Source of the DNA: Selaginella moellendorffii | Lineage: Eukaryota; Plantae; Lycopodiophyta | Length of the DNA: 64,000 bases | NCBI RefSeq assembly: GCF_000143415.4 | Contig: NW_003314355.1 | Location: forward strand, 453,410-517,409 | Reading direction: 5' to 3' | Part shown: positions 13,278 through 25,500 of the stretch, piece by piece | How positions within the stretch are numbered: the stretch's first letter is position 1 | How the letters are laid out: each line of letters starts with the position of its first letter | Translations under genes and position numbers: made by a program | The notes under the pieces: model-generated | Database searches by the model: none | What the model saw: only the letters and a program-made list of their open reading frames with translations | Told to the model about the DNA's origin: nothing

Positions 13278-14981
13278 TGTGAGACACAAAATCCCCAGGC
13301 CCCAAAGTGGAGCCGGAAGGGCGCCACATGGTAGTGGCCGAAGCGAGAGCCAAACGAGCGTAACACGTTTGGACCAAAAGCTCCGACTTGAAAAGTCAAG
13401 AGCGGGAGTGGAACTCCCAACGAAGTGCTCGAAGAACGAGCACGAAGCGAGCAAAAGGCGAGGCTCCAAAAAGGGACCCAAAAGGACCAACACATGACAC
13501 GTGGGAGTGTCCGAGATGGACTCGAGTTGGAGTCCGAAGTGGAGTCCGAGATGGACCCGAGTTGGAGTCTGAAGTGGAGTCCGAGATGGACTCGAGTTGG
13601 AGTCCGAAGTGGAGTCCGAGATGGACCCGAGATGGAGTCCGAGATGGAGTCCGAAGTGGAGTCCGAGGTGGACCCGAGATGGACCCGAGTTGGAGTCCGA
13701 AGTGGAGTCCGAGATGGACCCGAGATGGAGTCCGAGATGGAGTCCGAGATGGAGTCCGAGGTGGACCCAAGATGGACCCGAAATGGAGTCCGAGATGGAG
13801 TCCGAAGTCGAGACCGAGACCGGGACCGAGACCGAGATCGAGACCGAGATCGGGACCGAGACCGAGACCGAGGCCGAGGCCGAGACCGAGCCCGAGCCCG
13901 AGTCCGAGTCCGAATCCGAGTCCGAGTCCGAGTCCGAGTCCGAGTCCGAGTCCGAGTCCGAGTCCGAGTCCGAGTCCGAAGCCTGAGAGGGTGAAAGCCC
14001 AAAGCGTTCGTCTCCCAGACCCTGGGGGGTTTGGTGAGCTCCAAAAGTATAGTAGGGGGAGGACTGCAGTGGAGCCAGTTTGGCCAGGAAAGGCTAGTTT
14101 GGCCCAGGAAGGCCGGACCCAGTGTTGGGTGATGAGCTGCCCACTGGGAAGTCCAAGACTAGAGTGAACACAGACCGACAAGCGGGGTAGCTTGGTGAAG
14201 TGTTCAAGAGCCGGCTCTAGTTCCCCCGGGAGATCGACTGGCCGATGCTCCCAGTCCAAGTGTGGGTGGCACTACCTATTTGGATACCTGGTGTGGCTCA
14301 ACGGAACCCGCTCTAAGCCCATGGCTAGAGCACCCAAGGGCAGAAGGCGAGGAGAGTACCCAGGTGGCTCGCGTAAGGCCACGGTGTTCCGAAATGTTGT
14401 CCCAAAGGCCCATACTGTGGAAAGGAAGAGGAGCAGTCCTCTGGGGTAGTGACCAAGGACACAGTCGTGTAGTGAGGAAGTCCCAGAGGACCGTGGGACT
14501 TAGTGGTCGGGCCTGTGGGTCTCGATCTAGTGGCAGTGTTGGCAAACACGGCCAGGGGCAGAAAGGGACTTAGTGCGGACTGACAGAGGGATATTGGGGA
14601 AGGCTATTCCCCTTGTCGGTGGGCATCCTAAGGATGCTAAGGAGTGGATCTGAGATGACCACTCACGGATGGTTTGCCTAGTCTTGGAGAGCCAAGACGG
14701 TGATGCAAGTGGTATTGGACTACCAGTGTGGCAAAGGTGATTGGGCATGGCCTTAGCGTAACGGGCTGCTATGTCGGTGGTACCTTTGAGTGTCGGTCAT
14801 GGGATCGGACACGTGGAGCACTTGGACCAAGTGCAAATGTTGAGTGGCATGGATGCCATTCTCGGGGCTAGCAAGTCCCAAGTCTTGGATTGGACTCATG
14901 GAGGTTGTGAATGAGACTCCTCCAAGTGGCCAGAGGTGTGGTTAAGTGACTAAAGTAGAATGGAAAATTTAGTCGCTTACA
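13278..14981 (+). repeat. LTR-B copy flanked by CCCCC on both sides (solo-LTR-like)
   Basis: TGTGAGAC…GTCGCTTACA; CCCCC at 13273-13277 and 14982-14986; internal 12-bp (GAGTCCGAGATG) and 6-bp (CCGAGT) arrays. Confidence 0.9.
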
Positions 14982-15409
14982 CCCCCGCACGACCAATAGA
15001 ACATAAGATTGAGCTGGTCGAGGGCATTGAGGCGGTGGTTCGTCCACCCTATCGTTTGAAAGAAAAAGAACTCGCGGAGCTCAAGCGCCAACTAGAGGAG
15101 TTGGTGGACAAGGGGTATGTTAGGTTGAGCAAATTGCCGTATGGGGCACCGGTGCTATTCGTGAAAAAGAAAGATGGGTCTATGCGCATGTGCATAGACT
15201 ACTGGTTGGTCAACAAATATACAAAGAAGAACAAGTACCCTTTGCCAATGATTGAGGACCTGTTCGATAGGTTGGGAAAGGCAAAATACTTCTCGAGAAT
15301 TGACCTAAGGTCAGGATACTACCAGATCAGGGTAGCGAAGGAAGATGTCGAGAAGACAACCTGTCGAACAAGGTATGGGAGCTTTGAGTTTCTGGTGATG
15401 CCCTTCGGA
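14982..15409 (+). pseudogene. Truncated RT fragment of family A (duplicate of 28798-29225)
   Basis: [13 protein letters not shown]…FEFLVMPFG, near identical to the start of the 28776 ORF, then an abrupt switch to unrelated sequence. Confidence 0.9.
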
Positions 15410-16933
15410 GTTAGTTTTGATAGATTTGGATGTTATTTCCTTTGGGTGATACATTCGCGAGCATTTTGCTTGCCAGTCGATGATACTTTGTGTTCTTTGA
15501 GTTATCTTTCATAAGTTGTTGGCTTATTGTCTACTATCTTCGATAGTTAAGTTTTATCATTGCGTTTACTTGATGATGTACTTGCTATTGAATTTTGTTT
15601 GATGGTGAATCCTATGTTTACCAACTATGACGATCTTGGTGGTTCCTATACTATAATACTAGTTTATCGGATGATAACTTACTTGGAATACTTTTGTGTT
15701 CTACTCTAAGATATAATCACTGGTAATTAAGTCTCTAAGATATCATTGTCTCTGACTTTGATATTTTCCATCTATTGATCTTTGAGTTTGGGCCAGTATA
15801 GGCAGACTGGCTTCGGCACTTCGTGTGCATGTTGAAATCTCTAGTCATGGGGTAGCTACTATCGACTGGTCACATAACCCGCCTCTCTGTCGCTGTTCCT
15901 TATTCCGTTAAAAAGGGCGTGACCGTGTAAACAACTCTAACTGCCTGTTTACAGTAGTCTATCTAAACCTTATCGACGGGTTTGGTTTCTTTGCTTAGGA
16001 GGGTTGGGGCCTCTGGCTTCTCTCTCTATGTTCCTGCGGGCAGGGGCATATCACACTTTTGTAAGCTGGGTGACTCCCAGAGCAGCAAGGGTGGCTGACT
16101 CCGTTGGTCATTTCCTTGTCGGCGACGGTCAGAAGGTGTCTGAGCTGGTAGCGCATCCGCGTTAGACAAAAAGGTTGCCCCCTAACTCATTTAAGTTGGT
16201 GCATTTCTCACATAGTGTGAGTACCGTGAACTTTTTCTGGGGTTGTTTCCTTGGTGGTATTCTAGACTCCAGTATGCATCGACGAGGACGTCAATCTTCC
16301 CAAGGGGGGGTGTTAGGCACCAGGTCAGGATAATAGGATAAGGAAAGGGCCCTGCAATCAAGTGATCACCCCTTTAGCCAGTTGGCTTAGGGTGTAAGGG
16401 ATAGGATCCTAACAATGGTATTGGAGCCTAATTCGATTCTCGTGGCTGACGAGTGGGGTAGGAATATTTTGAGGAATATTCAACATGGTGGATCTAGAGG
16501 GAGAACCAAAGTTTGGTAGACCCTAAGAGAAGGACCATGGTGACCGGATGGTGGCCTAAGTATGATCGCGGACGATCATTCCCTGACGAGGGGGAGGATT
16601 GTTAGGCACCAGGTCAGGATAATAGGATAAGGAAAGGGCCCTGCAATCAAGTGATCACCCCTTTAGCCAGTTGGCTTAGGGTGTAAGGGATAGGATCCTA
16701 ATAGGGGGAGAGTGTCGCGAATGTGACTTCAGGTATCGAAAGTTACCTGTCGGCTAGTCCTTACGGACACTCTTACCTTACTGCCACGATGGCAGGAGGT
16801 CGGTATTGCTGGACTTGTTATCAGTTTCCCACTTGAGCTAGTTGAGAAACTGGTCAATGACCATGAACTTAGATTGGATAAACATAAGGTAGGAACCCTA
16901 TGTGTTTCTTGCTGAGCATACTCGGCCTGGTTT
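15410..16933 (+). mobile_element. Degenerate 3' part of element D (internal region, PPT, truncated LTR 16713-16933)
   Basis: The PPT aaggggggg…gagag precedes TGTCGCGAATG, which matches LTR-D at 5634. The LTR is cut by element C. Confidence 0.55.
16311..16703 (+). mobile_element. TRIM (terminal-repeat retrotransposon in miniature), 393 bp
   Basis: 104-bp direct repeats 16311-16414 and 16600-16703 (TGTTAGG…CCTAACA/ATA), PBS TGGTATTGGAGC at 16416-16427, PPT GAGGGGGAGGAT before the 3' LTR, TSD GGGGG; inserted in the PPT of D. Confidence 0.92.
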
Positions 16934-17392
16934 TGTCAAGACCCCCAACAAGATCAAGACTAGAAAATGTTAAAGACAAAGAGAAAAGCTAGTATTGTCA
17001 AGACCCCCAACAAGATCAAGACTAGAAAATGCTAAAGACAAAGAGAAAAGCTAGTGGAAACAAAGAAGAGGCCTTAGACTGGTGTTGATTCAGATTGTGG
17101 AGAAATGGAACAAGGCTAACCTATATATACTATAGGTTGATGAAGCTCCACCACTCTTGGATCGAGGACGGCCTAAATACAGCTGAGGTCGAGGAGGCGC
17201 CACATCATCATCAGGAATGTGGCTCGAGACTCAGGAATCGGGAAGTGTCTCGAGAGTCAGGAATAGGGAAGTGTCTCGAGAGTCAGGAATAGGGAAGTGT
17301 CTCGAGAGTCAGGAATGTGGTCTGCAGGTCAGGAATCCGGCGAGAGTCAGGAATGTGGCAAGAATTGGGGAATTCCTGACAGCACCCCCTCC

Positions 17393-20300
17393 TCAAGAAC
17401 GAGTGGAACGAGGATGTGAACGAGAACAAAGAGGAGGATGAGATGAGCGGCGAGGGATGGGAGATGGAGAAAAAGAATGAGGACTGGGATGAGAAGGATA
17501 GCGGCGGTGGAAGTCCTGAACAAGGTCAGGAGAATGAATCAGGTTGTCCGCAGGTTCCCAAGTGCGTTCCTCAGGTCCGTAACCCTTCCAGTCCACCAGA
17601 TAGTAGAGTTTAGACCGTGAAATCTTGGAATCAAGGATGTCCTGAACCTCGTACTCAGACCCATCCTCGAGCTGTACTGGTGGAGGCGGAGGAATGACCC
17701 GATTTGGAATAGGACTGGGAATATAAGGCTCAAGGAGAGAGGAGTGAAAAACGGGGTGAATTTGATATGAGGAGGGAAGTGCAAGGCGATAAGTGACAGG
17801 ATTAATGATGGCAGTGATAGGGAAAGGACCAAGGCATTTGAAATCGAGTTTTGGACAGGGCCTGGTGGTGGAGATATTTCGCCTGAGGAGCCAGACTTTA
17901 TCCCCGATATTGTAAGGGGGACAATCCTGACGATGGACATTGGCAAATGTTTAATGAGATTCCTGAGCACGATGGAGGTGGAAGGTGATGGAGTTGTGGA
18001 TTTCCTGGAGGTTGGAGATAAATGCCTTAGAGCGGGGATTTGAACGAGAGGATTCAGATGGAGAAGGAAGTGAGAGATTGAATCGGGGATTTCGGCCAGA
18101 GTTCGCAAAGAAGGGGGAAACTCGAAGAGAGGAGTGAACAGAGTTATTATAGGAAAACTCAGCAAGGGGAAGGATATCGAACCAGTTATCCTGATGATAG
18201 TTGATGAAGCACCTCAAAAATTGTTCCAACGTTTGAATCGTTCGCTCGGACTGCCCAGCAGTTTGAGGATGATATGCCGAAGAGAGGTTGGCCTTCACTC
18301 CAAGCAGCTGCAAAAACCGTTGCCAGAAATGAGAGATGAACTGAGGCCCCCGATCCGAAACCACATCTGTAGGAATCCCATGAAGTCGGAAAATTTCCCT
18401 GAATACCAGTTTTGCCATGTCCTCGCCTGAAAACTCCTTGGTACATGGCAAGAAGTGCGCCATCTTTGTGAAGCGATCCACCACGACTAAAATGCTGTTG
18501 AAGCCTCCAGAACTCGGAAGATCACTCAAGAAATCCATGGAGATGGATTCCCAAGGACCTGAAGGGACCGGAAGGGAACGAAGCAAACCTGAAGGAAGGT
18601 GGCGAGGTACCTTATTCCGGGCACAAGTGTCACAGGAGGTAACAAAAGCTTTGATGTAGTCGTCCATGTGAGGCCACCAAAAGTCCCGTGCAACTAGCTC
18701 ATAGTGACCAGCAGTCGGGCTATCGTGGCACGCCATCAGGACCAACCTTCGAGCATCACCTTCAGGAACGTAAAGCTGCTCCCCACGGTACAATAAGCCA
18801 TCTAAGAACTCGAACTCGTCAAATCGCCGGCAGTCGGGAGTCACTGGGTGTCCAGCCTGAAGATGGGGGAAAATGTCGCTAGCGAGATCATCGGATTGAA
18901 GATCGTTTCTGATTGCATCCATCAAGGAGGAGTCCTGAGGGGCCAGGGAAATTGCCATAACTTGAAGCCGATCAGGACCGAGGATAACTTGATCCTGTTG
19001 ATCGAAGGCAGGATTACCAGGCCTGAGACTGAGATAGGAGCGCCTTGAAAGAGCATCAGGAAGGCCTTGAAACTTTCCAGGTCTGTACTTGATAACAAAG
19101 TCAAACCGACTCAGGAATTGTGCCCACCTTGCTTGACGACGGCTTAAAACTCGGGAAGTGGCAAAGTACTCGAGATTTTTGTGATCCGTCCAGACTGTTG
19201 TTTGATGGCTCGCCCCCTCCAAGAAACGGCGCCACTCTCCAAAGGAATCCACGATGGCAAGGAGCTCCTTGTCGTGGATTTTGTAATTGATCTCCGCAGG
19301 CTGGAATTTCCGAGAATGGAAAGCGACCGGATGAAGTTCGTGATCCGCTCCGAGTTGAGACAGCACAGCACCAATGGCAAAGTCAGAGGCGTCAGCCTCG
19401 ATGAAGAAAGGTTGTGAGGAATCAGCATGGATCAAGACAGGAGCAAAACTGAAGGCCGCCTTGAGTGTGTCGAAGGCCTGCTGGGCAGCAGCAGACCAAG
19501 AGAAGGGAACATCCTTGCGAGTGAGATGTGTGAGAGGAAGGACAATGTCAGAGTAGTGATCAATGAATTTGCGGTAGAAGTTGGCGAAGCCAAGGAAAAC
19601 CTGAACGTCCGACATTGATTGTGGAGGCTCCCATTCGAGAATAGTCTTGACTTTAGCAGGATCCATCGTGATACCCTCAGGAGTGACAATGTACCCAAGG
19701 AACTCCACAGACTGCTGATCAAAGGAACATTTCTCAAGCTTCGCATATAGGCCGTGTTCTCACAGCTTCGCTAGCACCTTGCGAACATGTTCGTCATGCT
19801 CCTCCTGAGTTTTTGAGTAGATGAGGATGTCATCGAGGTAGACGATCACCATCTGATCAAGAAACTCCCGAAAAACGTCGTTCGCCATGTGTTGGAAAAC
19901 CGCTGGAGCATTTGTCAAGCCAAATGGCATGACAGTGTACTCGAAGTGGCCATAGCGGGTTCGGAATGCAGTCTTCCATTCATCACCAGGCCGGATCCGG
20001 ATCAGGTTGTATGCTCCACGAAGGTCGATCTTGGTGAAGAAGCGGGCACCGCCGAGGCGTTCCAACAGGTCCGAGATCAGGGGCAGCGGATAACGGTTCC
20101 GAACAGTCACCTTGTTCAAACCTTGGTAGTCGATGACTAGCCGCAAGCTCCCATCCTTCTTCTTGACAAAGAAGACAGGCGCTCCAGCCGGGGACTGCGA
20201 ATGCTGAATGTAGCCCAAGGCAAGGTTCTCATCCACGTACTCTTTGAGGGCCTTAACCTCGGACGGGGATAACCCGTAGATAGGCCCCCACGGAGGTGAC

Positions 20301-21148
20301 GCTCCTTCCTGTAAATCAATGGGACAATCATAAGGCCGATGAACAGGAAGTACACTAGCTTTTTTCTTGTCAAACACATCCCCAAAATCATGATACTTCT
20401 CAGGAAGACTGACAGGAGAAACATGCAAAGCAAAAAGAAAAAGAGGTTCTTCATGAAGGAGTTCTTTCATAGTGATTGTGGAGATAGGAGGAAGGGTACG
20501 ACTAAATGGAATGATGAGACGAGGATACTGTCCAGTGTAAGATGGAAGAGAGGAAAAAGAAGAGGATGAAAACTTCGTAGAATTAGGAACAGAACCCCGA
20601 CTTGAATTTAGGGAACTTTTCCTGATTCGGACTCGATGAACACCAGGGGAAGCCGTGGGAGATGGTGATGTGGGAGAGATGAGCTGTAAGTCCTTCCAAC
20701 AAATCTAAGGCTGATGTAGTTGGAACCAAGGAAGACCGAGCACCACAGAGGAGGACTTGCTGTTGATGATGTTGAAGGCGATATCAGTGACGGTGGACCC
20801 GATGTGTACTCGAACGGGCAACGTTTCCCTAAGTCCAGAAGATGGAGACACAAAATGCCCGCCGATGCCTTCAACCCTCAGATCCCGTATGGTAGGAGAA
20901 AGAGGAACGTGATGTCGGGCAGCAAAGTCCGTATCCATGAAGCAGGAAGTTGCACCCGAGTCCAGTAGCGCCAAAGCCTTGAGTCCTGATTGTCCGGTGA
21001 AAGAAAGGAGACATGGGACGCGGAAGTTGCGGGAATTGGTGGTGGCTTTGATGAAAGGTGGTGAGGAGCTTGATAAGGAAGAAAAGTGATTTTTATTTGG
21101 GGAGTCCAAACAGACAGCTCCTACTCTGTTTGGACAGGGTCGTTTCCC
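17393..21148 (-). pseudogene. pol: pol of element C (PR-RT-RNaseH-IN-chromodomain) with stops and a frameshift
   Basis: LLDSGAT; YLDDILIYS; EADASDFAIG; SMDFLSDLP/SDRGPQF; WKGYGPEERTWEP. Stops at ~20705 and 19760; frameshift near 17950. Confidence 0.92.
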
Positions 21149-22098
21149 GACTGCAACAGAGGTGGACTTTGAGGCAGAGTGAACTCGAGCAATCGGGGAG
21201 GCTTCCTGGGACACACAGCTGCTTTGTGATTAGGATCAGCACAATAGAGGCAAAGATTATGAGATATTCGACGTTGCCTCTCAGCAGGACTCAACTTCCC
21301 TCTAATGAGTCGGGGAGTACCAGAAATATCCATCAGGACCGGAGCAGTAGGTTCAGGACTATGCCCCGAAGACTCAAGCTGGGATTCCTGAGTCTGGGAC
21401 GGAAAAACAGCGGCGCGGCGACTTTCCTGACGACGTTCAAAGAGACAATTGTCACATCGAACAGCTTTGTTGATGGCGTCCAACAGGTCCTTGGGATCCT
21501 CCATGGTGAGCAACAAATCCTTGACACCGTTGTTGAGGCCGAAACGAAATTGGTCAATCAGGGCCCGCTCATCCCACTGAGTGTCTAAGGCAAGGAGTTG
21601 GAACTCTGCAGCGTAGATCAAGGCAGGACGAGACCCCTGAGAGAGACGTCTCATCTTTGTGGTAGCAGCCCGAACCCGATCCGTCTCGCCAAAACATGCT
21701 TCGAGCTTCTCTTTGAACAATTGAAAATCCATCAGCTCCGGAACCACGACCCCTTTCATGCTCTTCTCCAGAAGAGGAGAAAACCATGACAAAGCTGCAC
21801 CCTCGAGCAACGTCCCAATCGCGCCGATTTGAGACTCGGGAGTGGGGTACCGCCGATGTTGAAGTGCAAAGATCAGATCCATTTGGTTCAAAAATCCACG
21901 AAGCTCCGAACGCTTGCCTGAAAATTTCGCCGGGAAACTCACCTTCGGTTCAGGAACTTTGCTGGATCCTGGAGCCGAAAGTGAAGCAAGCTCCTGCTGC
22001 ATGCGAAGAAGGGTTGCCTTCAGCTCGGTATTCTCAGACTGGATTTTTGCAAGGACTTCGGCAAAGAAATCAGGATGGCTTGGAGACTCCATTGGCAA
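21121..22098 (-). CDS. gag: gag of element C (PEG10/sushi-like)
   Basis: EPKVSFPAKFSGKRSELRGFL…, CLYCADPNHKAAVC knuckle, ending SGND over a GGGAAAC slippery site. Confidence 0.9.
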   Translation of the reverse strand: MPMESPSHPDFFAEVLAKIQSENTELKATLLRMQQELASLSAPGSSKVPEPKVSFPAKFSGKRSELRGFLNQMDLIFALQHRRYPTPESQIGAIGTLLEGAALSWFSPLLEKSMKGVVVPELMDFQLFKEKLEACFGETDRVRAATTKMRRLSQGSRPALIYAAEFQLLALDTQWDERALIDQFRFGLNNGVKDLLLTMEDPKDLLDAINKAVRCDNCLFERRQESRRAAVFPSQTQESQLESSGHSPEPTAPVLMDISGTPRLIRGKLSPAERQRRISHNLCLYCADPNHKAAVCPRKPPRLLEFTLPQSPPLLQSGNDPVQTE

Positions 22099-22575
22099 GA
22101 AGAAAGAAAAGAAAGGGGGAAAAAGACAAAAGCAATCAAATAATCAAAACGAGCTAAAAGAAAAGCAAAAAGCACAATCTGAATCAAACTGTCAAGACCC
22201 CCAACAAGATTAAGACTAGAAAATGCTAAAGACAAAGAGAAAAGCTAGTGGAAACAAAGAAGAAGCCTTAGACTGGTGTTGATTCAGATTGTGGAGAAAT
22301 GGAACAAGGCTAACCTATATATACTATAGGTTGATGAAGCTCCACCACTCTTGGATCGAGGACGGCCTAAATACAGCTGAGGTCGAGGAGGTGCCACATC
22401 ATCATCAGGAATGTGGCTCGAGAATCAGGAATAGGGAAGTGTCTCGAGAGTCAGGAATAGGGAAGTGTCTCGAGAGTCAGGAATAGGGAAGTGTCTCGAG
22501 AGTCAGGAATGTGGTCTGCAGGTCAGGAATCCGGCGAGAGTCAGGAATGTGGCAAGAATTGGGGAATTCCTGACA

Positions 22576-25500
22576 ACGGGCTGCTATGTCAGTGGTACCT
22601 TTGAGTGTCGGTCATGGGATCGGACACGTGGAGCACTTGGACCAAGTGCAAATGTTGAGTGGCATGGATGCCATTCTCGGGGCTAGCATGTCCCAAGTCT
22701 TGGATTGGACTCATGGAGGTTGTGAATGAGACTCCTCCAAGTGGCCAGAGGTGTGGTTAAGTGACTAAAGTAGAATGGAAAATTTAGTCGTTTACAATCT
22801 GGTATCGGAGCTGTTCCTTAGTCCGACTTTTATTGGTGCTCAAGTATATCACCATTGATGTTGGCATCGGAAGGTTGAGGAGTAGCATGTCGAGAGGACA
22901 TGGCTCTCCACTCAAGTTCATGCGTGAACTTGGGCACAATGTGGTGGATAGAAAAGGGCCAATAATGGAACGACTTTGGGATCTTGGGAACAGTATAAGG
23001 TCTCCTCAGAGAGCTGAGGATGTGATCCAAATGAGCGTTTAATGCAGCAAACGGGCTAACGTAGTTGTGATAAACAACTATAGTTGGGATCACGGGAAAG
23101 ATGTAGACTCCAAAACAATAAAGGAGTCACAAGATTATCCTCATACAGTTGAGGTTGGTGCTCATGAATGTGAGACCAGAGGTAATGACCGTGGGAGGTC
23201 AAATACGGAAGAGGACTCAAGTCCTTGAAAATGGTAGCTGGGGCTACCTTTAATAAATGCTGGAACAACCCAAGGAGTTGGGGGGTGTACTTAGAGATGA
23301 GTTGGTATTCTCATCACATGGACAAGTAGTCCTAAGGGGGCAAAGGTTGCCCCAGAGAACAAAATCAAGTGTCAGAGTAACACTTGTGAAAATAGTCCTT
23401 TTGAGTAGGACAGGAATGCAAGAAGTGTATTCCAGTGAGCTAGTGCCTCACAAGTAGGACCTTACGGGTCTGTGGATTAACCAAGTCCAAAACTGCTAGA
23501 TGACTCAAGTAGAGTCAAGGGATGGTCCTAAAAGGACTGATGGAAGCATTTGGACTGAGGTGTGTTGTACCCCACAAAGGATGGCGGGGGATCATAGGAT
23601 CCAAGGATGAGAACAGAGGGTATCTCATCGATGGCAAAATGTGCCATGCTAAAGTCGTGGGAAAGGTGTTCCCAAAAAGAAAACAACTTTGACACAAAGT
23701 TGTGTGTGACCCCTATAATGCAGTGCTAACGGATGGTTGGCATAAGAAAGAGTGGCATTGGTCTTGGCAAAGACTTAGACACAAAGAAGAAGTGTCATAG
23801 AGGTAGGCTCGTGGAGCCGATGGTGTGGAGACACCAAATGTGCCAAGGTGTGATACCTTGAGGCTATGTTGGTGGGTTCATGAGAACCCCTTGCCAAAGG
23901 AATCCCAATAGAAATGGGAATGGCATAGCCTAAGCTGCAGAGCATGTAATTGGAGTGTGGTGACCCAGATAATGATGGAGGTGTGGAAGCACCAGCAATG
24001 AGTTGTAGGACTTGACAACTACGAGGCAACTAAGCAAGAGGTGCAAAATAATTGGTTAAACGGGTAGAAGGTAGCTACCCAAGCCTTCTTAATGGCATAG
24101 GGAAGTTGGATATACCCTTACAAGGGATAAGTTGCTTATGTTGCGATATAGTAAGTCAATGTCATAAAAGGAAATACTCATTGTCAAAGAAGCCGTCATT
24201 GGGACACCCGAACACTCTAGAACACCAGGAGGTGGTGTTTGATGTCGCGAGGGCAGTAGATAAGGCCCAAGGGACTAAGTCCCTAGCGAATGATGGATAG
24301 TAGGTGCTATCCAAATGTCCAAGGTGGTGGAGACAGGAGAAGACTGTCTACTCGAATTGGACAAAGCCAAAAATGGAATTTTGGCAAGGCTAGCAATGGG
24401 CATGCAAAGGCCCGTAAGCAACAACGTAATCCCGGTGTGTGGGATTATAGGGTGAGCATACCTAGATTGAGGAACCACTCCCTAGGCTATCGAGTAGGTT
24501 CATCCCTAAGAATACTTGCTAAGGCATGATAGAAAGTGCAAAGCTATCCTCCTGGTCTGGAAGAGAATGACCGAAGGAAAGGTGTGAAGCCAAAAGCAAG
24601 AAGTAAGGGGATAGAACCAAACCATAGGAATCGAAGGGCATAACCAAGGTTGGTTATGCCAGCTGGGAGTGGAGAATCAAGTGGGGGCTCGAGGGTGTTG
24701 CCGCTAGCAACCATGATGCCATGGAGAGTCTAAAATATGGAATTGTCCATGTTAGACTATATGGTAATTGGAAAGCTTGCAAAAAGGGGGGCCTTAGCAA
24801 GCTAAGGGACAGAGTCCCTTCAAGGTTCCCAAAGAGGATTCTAGGTATCTTAGTACCTAGAAAGGCCAAGCGTAAATGGTTCAAGGAACGCGCGAAATCA
24901 GAGTGGCACAGCAGAAGCGTAGTCCTGAAGCTTGCCATGAGGCAAGGCTATCAAGGTTAGGGAAGTAGTTCCTGAGTGTTCAAGGAGAAGGCTTTGAATG
25001 AAAGTCGATGATCAAGGGCTTTCACGCTTGTGCAGGAACCATGTTACAGTGGTCGGAGGACTTGCCAAAGCGAGATTGGCAAGTCAGGGGAACAAATACC
25101 CTAGTTGAAGGTGATAACTTCAAAAAGGGTGGGCCATGGGGCCAAGCATGGAGGAGTCCATGCATGATCACAGGCTTGTCAAGTGAGAGGACTTGGCAGT
25201 GGGGAGGAACTAGGTTCCTAAGCTGTGATCTATAGCGCGCTTTGAGTATAAATTAGTGCACCGGCGTGGGGAGTCACGCCAGGCATCCTGGGTGATGCCG
25301 TCCGTAGATGCATATACGGAGGTTGGGTTCGAGTCCCGACCCTCTAGTGCTTGGGTTCGAGTCCCAAATCACTAGGGCGTGGTGATGGTTTGGAATATGA
25401 GGACACTCATATTTCGGTGGTCATGGACTCTCAATGAGGAGATTGGCTTAGGCACACCGCCAAGCGGGGGATGCCCCGAAGTCGTGATGCACGGTTAGAT

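Larger units (their letters stand above)
16996..22575 (-). mobile_element. Ty3/gypsy chromovirus C, Tcn1/Tf1-sushi-like
   Basis: 386-bp LTRs 16996-17381 and 22190-22575 (about 5 differences), PPT at 17382-17394, gag-PR-RT-RH-IN-chromodomain on the minus strand. A 60-bp LTR end is duplicated at 16934-16993. No matching TSD. Confidence 0.93.

Noticed and set aside
13490-14000. Long ORFs rich in SE/RD/GL/RT repeats (also 7722-8020, 10835-11150, 26895-28075, 32169-32480, 49835-50127)
   Set aside because: Stop-free translations of 6- and 12-bp LTR tandem arrays, open in several frames on both strands; array length varies between copies.
17215-17360. 24-bp tandem repeats in LTR-C as a separate satellite
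   Set aside because: Ordinary U3 repeats present in both LTRs.
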